Below are positions 55,001 to 64,000 of a stretch of DNA of 64,000 nucleotides, in pieces (the stretch's first letter is position 1; every line of letters begins with the position of its first letter). Origin of the DNA: Nymphaea colorata. Its lineage: Eukaryota. Location of the stretch: positions 27,714,001 through 27,778,000 of the forward strand of contig NC_045138.2 of assembly GCF_008831285.2 (NCBI RefSeq). The letters are read 5' to 3'. The notes below the pieces were generated by a model. That model saw nothing but the letters and a program-made list of their open reading frames with translations. It was not told the DNA's origin and did not search any database. Both the position numbers and the translations under genes were made by a program.

Positions 55001-55824
55001 CTAGAGTTTCTAATTTAGTTATTTTCTGCAAAATAAATGCCAGCGAAAATGTTAGACTCCTCGATCAGACGACAAACTGTAAAATCTGGATTGCTGTCAA
55101 ATCCCATGATTGGTACCAATGAATTTTTAGAGATTGATCTGGGATGAAAAACTCAATTGTCAATTGATATGACTATCTGTGTAGATTGGAACGTGAGGAT
55201 AGGAGCGAATATAATTCAACGGTAGTATTCTTTTGATGAATGAGCTCTCCAGCATTACGCATTGAAGATAAAAAGAAATTCTCATGTAAAAAAGATGTCA
55301 GTTAATATTTGAGCATCCATATCAATTCAGAAAAGATTAGAAAAAGGGAGCACAGTTTATCTCCAAAATATATATTTTGGCATCTTCATACAATAGTGAC
55401 TGACGAAGGAGCAACCTAGGAAGAAATAGATTCTTAGCTATAAAGTCGTCCAACAATTTACTAGGCTCTCTGCAATGCCTTGGTGCTAGAGATGAACTTA
55501 CAAAAATTGACGATATTTATGCTCACAAAGTAGATAAACTCCCCGAATCTTAAAGAAAAAAAAAAAGGAAATCCAGAGTGGTCCGGCGTGAAGCGCTTGA
55601 CTCACATAAGCATGTAAATGAAATACCAAAAGGAGATCTGATTTTCAGTATTGCAGAAATAACAGTCAACCAGAAGGAAAAGAAGATAAAACAGGAGCAC
55701 TGTGTAATGACTCACAAGAGAAGGAAGAATTATGTTTGGTTGCCAATGAAGATGTGCTCGTGGAAAAGGAAGAAGATGAATTTGGGAGAACCCATTTCCA
55801 TTTCTGGAAGAACCCAACACCCAT
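52085..55824 (-). CDS. SIG3: Plastid RNA polymerase sigma factor SIG3 (sigC), nuclear-encoded
   Basis: Exons (minus strand): 55824-55716, 54756-54593, 54261-53716, 53408-53178, 52920-52780, 52678-52478, 52372-52085. Ser-rich transit-peptide-like N-terminus. Region 2 [44 protein letters not shown]; region 4 [26 protein letters not shown], with the KEWIR and [12 protein letters not shown] segments typical of SIG3. Confidence 0.9.
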
Positions 55825-56628
55825 CTCTTGTGCAGACCAAGATGGGTGGATAAATTTAGAGGCCTCATCCTCCCCCACCTCCACCACCAGTGCCCCATCT
55901 CTATTGCTCCTTCATTCTCCCCCTCGCTCTCGTCGTCTAAGAAAAAAAATAATATAACGAGGAGCTTCCCTTATCTTTTTTGTGCCAGGTACGCTTCCAC
56001 GTCGCAGGCTGGAGCCCCTTTGTTTCTGGAAACTTTTGGATTACGAAGCGGGGTAATGAGTTTCCTCGAGTTTTCTTTCTCAAATCTTGTCAACGCATGA
56101 ACATGTCCATTATTCCATCTGCCTTCAGTCTTTTACTCAGATTCTTTAGTATAACCAAATGCTTCAGCTTGAACCACATTAATAAATCAAATATAGCGTC
56201 TCAGAATTCTTCGTTCATCGCAACATTGGGTTCAAATGAATTTTTGCGTTATTTAGGTTCCTCAACATGGAAATGTCATTTTTGTTCTTAGTTTTGTCAA
56301 AAAAATTGTATGTATTGTGCAATTAATTTTTCAATTCATTGCGCTTTTTTTTATGCACCTTAAAAATCATTTTTCAAATGAAATTACGATTTATTTCTTA
56401 GTCAAATTAACGGTTTTTGTTAATCATTTTTAATTAATAGTCTCCAACCTCAACGATGGATCTACCAAGATGGAAAAAAAGAGGGAATGAAACAGGCCAA
56501 ACCCGACCGAAGGAATCCGGCTTCTCCCTTGTAGATTAAAGCTTATTGCATTTTTTTTTTTGTGGGGAGAAGCATACAGGCTTACCCCCAAAAGTTACCC
56601 CAAGCCAAAAACGTGAGTCAAACCAAGT

Positions 56629-56667
56629 GAATATAATATAATATAATATAATATAATATAATATAAT
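56629..56667. repeat. (AATAT)n low-complexity microsatellite
   Basis: Read directly from the sequence. Confidence 0.8.
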
Positions 56668-57365
56668 TCACAGGCACATTGAGCTTGGAAAAAATTGGCT
56701 TATAGGGCATGAAAACCACAACAAGACAGTTTGTTAAATCAGTACGAACTATTCCATCAAATAGATCGAATGACCTGTTTGTTTGTCCCATTTTAATTAA
56801 GTAAACATGAGCTATTAGCTTGATTCACAAAGGCACTTCCTAAGGGAATAATATATTAGCCTGCGTGATAATGACCAGCTCTCTCGTTTCCATAAATTAT
56901 CAGATCATTTCATAGTTCTCATACTTATGAAAATATCTGCAAACCACAATTTCAGAAAATTCAGCCCAAATTTGAATTACGACAAAAAGTGAGCTCCTAA
57001 TTGCTTTTCCCTGACGTAGACTCTCTCTATATATATATATCATGGAAGACTCAGCAGTTTTCTCATTAAGCCTTTACAGATCCATTTGAAGATATAGGGG
57101 TGGTGGTTCAGTGGACGCGATGAGCGATGCTAGTATCTTAACCTTCTTTAACAAACAACATTAATATTTCATATGTATAATATAATTTGTTACCAAACAG
57201 CATGTACAAAATGCTATAATAAGCTTAATTTGAGTTCCACTCCTAACATTGTTTCCATTTAGAAGGTTCGTAAACTTGATTCTATTACCTGTTTAGCTGG
57301 AGAGATCCGAAAGTCTAAAGCCAGCTCCACCTTTTGATTCATTTAGTTCATACTTACAATAATTA

Positions 57366-57704
57366 CATTGTCACAGAAAACTCGTTCTATTAAAAAAAAA
57401 AGGCATATAAAACGTGGAAAACAAGTCAGCCATATAAAACGTGACAAAAAATGCCTTTTTTTTAAAAAAAAATGCCAAAAAATAAAAAACACAAAAAAAC
57501 ACGTATAATACGTGTATACTACGTGTTTCCCCCATATTTTTCATATTTTTATTAATTTTTATTTTTTATAATTTTCACGATTTATTAAATGTTTTAAATT
57601 TTTTTAAAAATTCATTGAGATTTTCTCGACATATATAACTTTGCCGTATTATACTCGAGAAATTCTTCACTATATAATACCTGTACACATTTCTTGTGAC
57701 AATG
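57366..57704. mobile_element. hAT-type MITE (CATTGTCAC terminal family, same termini as 41351-41702)
   Basis: Perfect 10-bp TIR CATTGTCACA / TGTGACAATG. The TSD is only degenerate (CTTACAAT offset by 5 nt vs CTTACAAC). Confidence 0.6.
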
Positions 57705-60147
57705 CTTACAACGAACTTACCTTCGAATCTTCTGACTTGACATTAAAAATAATCCATGTTTTACCATGCCCTCTTTCTTTATTACCAACTGTGGTGTTCT
57801 GGAACTAACCATGGACATGGTCGCACTAGTGGCTGAGATGGCACAAGTAGGTCCCAATGGTGGTCTGGTAGTGATAGGTGAGTGCTTCTGGGGTTGTAGC
57901 TAGGTTTGGCTAAGCGAGTCAATCTCTAGCAAGCTCTGTGCTGGGCTATGTGCAGGTTTCTTGCCAATACGAGGACTTTAAGTCAGTTTACTAAATTGTC
58001 TACAAATTTTAAATAGTAGTTCATGAGAGGCGAAGCTATCCTCATTTTCCTTAGAATCGAAGACTGTTTCAGAACCTAGGTGGTGATCCAATAAACCCCT
58101 TAGCTCGAATGTTACACATGCTACCATTTGCAGTCTAAAAAAATAGCACCCATGAGAATCAAACTAAGGATGCATTATCAACATGACACTAGGCGTGACC
58201 AGAGTACAATGGTTTTTTTAATAAAATAATATGACATAAGATGCCAGCACTCAGAATCTAGTGGGGTTTGCGTGTTCAGTTAGTACAAGCTAGCTAGCAC
58301 TAAGAAGAATATTAAGGAAACCTTTTTATTTCCGGTTCACACTCATTCTAGGCCCTGTTCTTTTTAATTATATACAGGTATTATGACTACAATAAGAGAG
58401 AGAGAAAGAGAGAGAGCCGATAAAATGAGAATTCATAGCAAAATTTGAAGACAATGAGCAGGACAATCACACAATAAAATGAAAATAAAAAGAGGTGGAG
58501 AGAGAGAGAGAGACAACGGGATGCCTTCAAAGCATGCTTCTTCCAAAGTGAGAGCGATTTTCCGGGTTGCCAAAAAGAGCCACATTCATCTGGCTGGAGA
58601 GTTTCATCTATAACCCTTTAAGTTAAAAGTAAGGAAGAATTCTACACCTTTCGTAGGGTGTGAGGGTTGGATTTAAGAACTCTTCTTTTTAAAGTCGAAT
58701 AAATAAAGAGTTAAAGCACCTGGGTTAGGTAAGGCTGGTAAGCGGGCCGAAAAACGGAATGAGACGTGCTTCTTGCTCGGCCTCATCAATTCAATTATGC
58801 TGATCGAAACTCGGCTCGTGTTCGCTAGGAATCAAGCTTGGCTGGTTTGAGTAATGAATCTAGCCTATCTCACCTTGCCTCACGAACAGTTAGTTTGTCA
58901 GTAGAATGACCTGAGCTGGAACTCAAATGAGGGCTGAACTAGCAGTACCGCAAGCCCAGTGTACCTGTGAGTTCATATGAAACACACTTGAGCTTAATTA
59001 GTGTCACAAACCTCACTTGGATTTCGTGAGTTTACATGAGCTCAACTGTTCTCACCCGTGTTGAGCTCACCAGCTTGCTGAACTATTTGGTCAATTCTCA
59101 GCGCCATTCGAATTAAAGAAAGCATGTCCGAGTCTTCAAGAAATAGCAGCCCACTAATTACCTCTTGCCTTGAATCAATGTCAATTTTATACCACTAAGA
59201 AGTCATGAATATTCCAAACTGTTACTGATCCAGCCAACATTTTAAACTCTTTCAATCAAATTGTTGGCACCAGAGTTTACATGAAAGTTCACAAAAATGC
59301 AATTACATAAAGCCAGTTAATGGTACATAGTGTGCCACATTAAGAATGATATCTCCTTGTTGATAAGGACTTCACAGCATGCGTGCAAGCTGTTAGCGAT
59401 GCTTCAGCGTCTTCAATAACACTTCTTTCCTATAATGTAGTGTTAGGTGCAACTACATTTTGTTTTTTTTCTCTTGTGGTCTTCTTCGATCCATCCAATC
59501 CATGGACTATGGCCCCCTTCCGATAAGTTTAAAAACGTTCAAGATTCATATCTATTTTGAAACTTGGCTGTAAACTATAAATATATTTACTGATTAGACA
59601 GACCAACCAAGTGCGTTATTGACACAGAAATAAAAAATTGCTTCTAGTGCAAAGGTTAACTAAAATGATAAAATATGAAGTTCATATCTTAAAGAAAGGC
59701 CGATTATGGAATTAAATTTGGCAAAAATGAAAGTTAGAGTTAGAAGGGAAAGCCATTGAGTACTTGGCGTCTACATTACTGCAATGTATCCGTGAATTAG
59801 TAAGGCACTTTTCATATTATACCATTAATATGAGAAAACATGTTTCAATTTTTAAGTTTCATTTAACTAATAGGGATATTTTGATCACTTCTTACTCAAC
59901 TCATGGTCACTTGTTAGAGGCCATAACATATAATCTGCTCCAGTGAATCACTTGATGCACAAGTAACAGATAGGTTCAAGTCAAATCCTTCACAACTGGT
60001 TCATTTAAATTGCAGATTCACATGTCACAATTTTGGAGTGGGAAGCTGCTTGGCCTTTGTTTGGTGATTTGAGGAAGGTCAAAGTTGCATCTTTTCTTTT
60101 ACTTTTTGAGTTCAGGAATGCTTTAAAATCTGGGTGAAAAGTGGGAC

Positions 60148-60337
60148 TGTAACGCCTCAAAAGTTTAGTCTCGTATTAAAGATTGTGAGAGATCTTCAAG
60201 GACTTATAAAAGGGATCATTAATGAAATGATTGTCCTGGTTCCTAGCTTTTTTCTGGTTATGACCGAAACTGTTAGGGAGCAGGTTGGGATCCGTTGAAC
60301 CAGGAGCTCGAGCTTGAGAGTGGGTCGGGTTGTTATA
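60148..60337 (+). mobile_element. Short solo-LTR/TRIM-like element; related inverted copy at about 10705-10871
   Basis: Ends TGTAAC...GTTATA. AAAGTTTAGTCT and TAGGGAGC segments match the reverse complement of 10735-10865. Confidence 0.35.
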
Positions 60338-61679
60338 GTGTCATCAACTACGAGCCATGTGAACTGAACTAGTGATGAATTTTTATTGGTCTGCGAATCT
60401 AACCAGCTACATTATGTCAAAATGGATTCTCGATGATCCATACCCATGCCCTGAACCAAATAATTGGAGGTATCTACAATAAACAAATTCAGCCAATTGG
60501 ATTTGTCTCAGATCCATTATACTTAAGGGTGAGTAATGGGCCTGGTACCCGATGGGTAGTTGGGTACCTGGCTCTGGCTCGTGATGAGCTGGTTCTTTGA
60601 CTTTTAGGCTGATCTGATTAAAAGAATTTGCTGAACCGTGCTGGCCCGAGTTGAGTATTGGGGGCCGACACAGCTTACTTATTCATTGACATATGACATT
60701 AGCAACCAACTTACTTAAAAACTTTTGTGCATCTACGATGGCTCTTTTAGAGACTTTTCATGTGTTTAAAAACTCTTAATATGTCGCCAATGACATTCTT
60801 AAAAGCTCTCAGCACATCGTTAAGGGGTTTATGAGATATTTAAATATGAAATAGTAAAGGTTTTAAATATAAAGACATTGAGCCGAGTATTAGCAAATTA
60901 AAATTGATGATCAAACTCGACCTGAATCAAACTTGGACCACCGACAAGACATCAGACTCACCCCGACTTTCTTGAGCCTCAGGCCCAGAAGCAGCCAGCC
61001 CGACGGACACGCGTTCGGTCACGGTTTTTAGGTCGTCGTCCAAGTCCAACTGCGCATGATGCATTTGTGGGCCCGCATATTCTTGGGAAGCAGACCAATC
61101 TCCTCTCACTTTACGACTCTTCCTCTAATTGCTGCTTGTGGGCCAGCTGATGAGTCAGCATCTAACTGGTTAGGTAGGCGTGGTAGATATTTTCCTTTTA
61201 CTATTATCAAATATTTAAACCCGAATAAAAATACTTTTAAATTAAATCTGAGTATTTTTTGGCATATAGGGTTACTTGAACCTTTGGATGGTAAAAGAAT
61301 TTCCTGAACTAAAAAATTCTCTCAACAAGTTACTCGTGTTTTTGTAAAATGTTTCCAATGTTCATTCATGGAGTATCAGTTGAAGCCCACATTTAGGACA
61401 GATGGATTCGAGACCAAACTTACGGGGTTTCCTCATTTTGAGATGGCAAGATAGGCGGATCTTCTTCTCTTCTTCTTCATTTGCAACATACTGACGATCC
61501 ATTTAACCTCTAATAAAAAAAAGATACATAACCGCTCTATTGTTCTTATGCCTCATCTTAAGATGCCTTTTGGAATAAAGGATCTTGGGTCCAGATTCCA
61601 TATCTTTGATGGCAGATATTTGTGGCCTGAGGCTCCACATGAAAATTTAATAATTAAAAAGTAGATCTTAAGTTCGACG

Positions 61680-61714
<35 letters not shown>

Positions 61715-62685
61715 TATATTAAATTGTCCTGGCCAAATTTGAAAGGAAAAATCTTCCAGCCTCTCATAACACACATGTTGATGCATGCATCTGGACACAC
61801 GTGATTAATGGGTGCCTAAAGATTGTCGGTGAACCAACACAATTACAACAACGTCGGCCTATAGCCATCAGGTAAGGCCCCTCACTCAGATCCACATAGA
61901 TAGGATGCATTTTCTACGAGACCTTTCTGTTCTAATATAGATAAAGGTGATTTGACCTCGAAGGCGAGTCGTCTTGTAAATTTATGACTTTGAAGGAGTT
62001 GGTTGGTGTGAATGTGAATGAAACTCTTGTAGGAAGCAACTGCTTATTTTTCTAAATCACTATGAAGCCACGGTGTTATAAGATCTCTTCTCGTGTTATA
62101 ACTTAATATCCTCTTTTCCTCGAAACATTCTTTTCTCATTTACGATAATCACTTTTTTTATTGCTAATTTAATGAGCGTACATTTATGTGCGAGCGATTA
62201 CTTTTGATATAACTCAAACATTTTCCTTCATTTCTCTCTTCATAAAAACTCATTGTTAAGTGTTTAATGAAAGGAAGAATAAATGCAGCGGTTTGAGTTG
62301 CTTCAATAGATGTTAGGAATTAGCTACCACCGTGAATAAAATTAAATTCCAACAAGACAGACCCTGACTTTTTTTTTTTTCTTCTACTTTTTCGCCCATA
62401 ATGCTTAATGAATAGGGAGAACATGCAAAGGGAATTATATAAATCAAGTTGTAAAAAAGTTACTCTCGTGTTTCTCAATTAACAGCCAGTCCTAGCAGGA
62501 TTTTTTCTCATTGGTAAAATTCTTGAGGCGTCCTTATCCAAACCACTATAGCTCATTTTTCTTCTTTTGGCAATAGGTGTTTCTTGTCGGTTTTGAACTC
62601 GTGACATCCTACCAACTCTATAATTTTCTGTTTAGGGTTGTATGAGGAAAATGCAAATAGTTTTCACCAACGCATATAAACACAT

Positions 62686-63347
62686 CAAAAATTGAATTTG
62701 AAAGAAAATTGGAGAGTTTAGAAACCATATGACCCAACTTCAATTACCCCAATGAAAAGTTGATACCTTTATTGCATGGGTGTCACCTCCCTTGGGTTTT
62801 GTTAAGTTGAATATTGATGCGACTGCTAGAACAAATCCAAGAGACTTAGCGGCTTGTGGTTTATTTCAAAATGATAATGGAAAATGGTTATTTGGTTTCA
62901 CTTGTCATGGTCATATAACCAAGGTTGAACTTATTCCTATTCTAAATAGTTTGAAATTAGTTTGGAAACTTGACTTTTATAAAGTTATTGTTGAATCACA
63001 TTCTTTGTTAGCTGTGAATAAGGTTTTAAAAGAAATGCAGCTCTCATGATCCTTTATTCTAGATAGTGAAGCAGTGTCAAGATTTGCTGAGACGAGTTTG
63101 TGAGTGTGTCGTATGTCATATGCATAAAGAAGCTAATATGTGTGCTGATTTTTTTGCTTCGTGTGTCTTTCAAGAATCCTTTAAAGTGACCGTTCTTACC
63201 AATCCATCAAGTCTGCATCGGTTGATTGATGATGATGTAATTGGTGTAACTCGACCTCGTGTCATAATTAGTTAATGCAGTTTTAAACGTATTATAGTTA
63301 ATTAATACGATTTCAAACCGCTCCTATCTATCAAAAAAAAAAAAAAA
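62686..63347 (+). mobile_element. 5'-truncated LINE retaining a degenerate RNase H-like (RVT_3) domain and poly(A) tail
   Basis: W.SPPLGFVKLNIDA...GLFQNDNGKWLFGF...VIVESHS...VCHMHKEANMCADFFA...DDVIGVTRPR* across 62780-63275 with a stop/frameshift. A15 at 63333-63347. Candidate 20-bp TSD 62666-62685 vs 63347-63366 (16/20 identical). Confidence 0.8.
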
Positions 63348-64000
63348 CCAACTCACATAACCATATACTTCCACATGGAAAGTATTCCTCAACGTTTCTA
63401 GTCAAAGTTTGGCATCTCATCCAATTGAGAATATCTAGTTCTAACTTTATATATTTGGTTTACTTTGGAATTCCAAAGCAAGTAACGAATTTTCACCTTC
63501 AACTTGTCTAGATCCGACCCAAGTAACATGGGCAAGGAGGTTAGATATTTCCAATTTTTCACCGGAGAAAAATGGGATATCGGAAGACCGGCGATAATCC
63601 GGTGGTCGCCTATGAGGATGCCACGTACGCCTCGGCAGGCACCCTGTGGGTCCTCCACGTCAGGTTGACGCGGACGATTGAAACTTGCCCCCTTTTATAG
63701 TACGAGTAGATCTAAGAAAACGACAAACGGATGAGGATGACACCGACGACCCTCTCGTAATTACCATACCACCCTTACCAATTACGTAAATGACAGTTTT
63801 GTTTTAATTTCCCGTGAAAACAAAGTTTAAAAGGACGAGTTCATTGTTTGGCGTGCAGAATAAAATAAGGTTAACTCCGAAATCCCTATAATGTCCACAT
63901 CGATTTGATTTGTTGTAAACTTTCATTTAAGCGTAAGGAGAGACACCAGAGTGGAAGGGCAATTAGGCCAATTGAGAATAGTGGCAGTTTGGTAAAACTC

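Noticed and set aside
52085..55824. Bacterial sigma-70 gene as horizontal transfer or contamination
   Set aside because: It has six spliceosomal introns and a transit-peptide-like N-terminus; nuclear-encoded plastid sigma factors are standard in plants.

Overview
Eukaryotic (flowering-plant) nuclear DNA: AT-rich, intron-rich, with microsatellites and transposon remnants. The species cannot be fixed from sequence alone. Five spliced protein genes were reconstructed by hand from GT-AG junctions: (1) the 3' part of an exostosin/GT47 glycosyltransferase (+, 882-5873); (2) a CCHC zinc-knuckle + SHAQKYF MYB-related factor (+, 21326-22651); (3) a 20-exon KEA4/5/6-type K+ efflux antiporter (-, 44073-24845); (4) a two-RRM RNA-binding protein (+, 47669-50921); (5) plastid RNA polymerase sigma factor SIG3/sigC (-, 55824-52085). 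A full-length Ty1/copia LTR retrotransposon (34998-40179; 275-bp LTRs, CAAAC target-site duplication, two nonsense codons) sits antisense in KEA intron 2. There are also several hAT-type MITEs with 8-bp TSDs, decayed LINE fragments, and a 5'-truncated RNase H-bearing LINE near the right end. The most notable oddities are a probable 1-nt frameshift hiding a family-like C-terminus of the MYB gene, a duplicated in-frame splice donor in the RRM gene, and a U12-like donor in that gene's last intron. I found no convincing evidence for a wholly new biological system.
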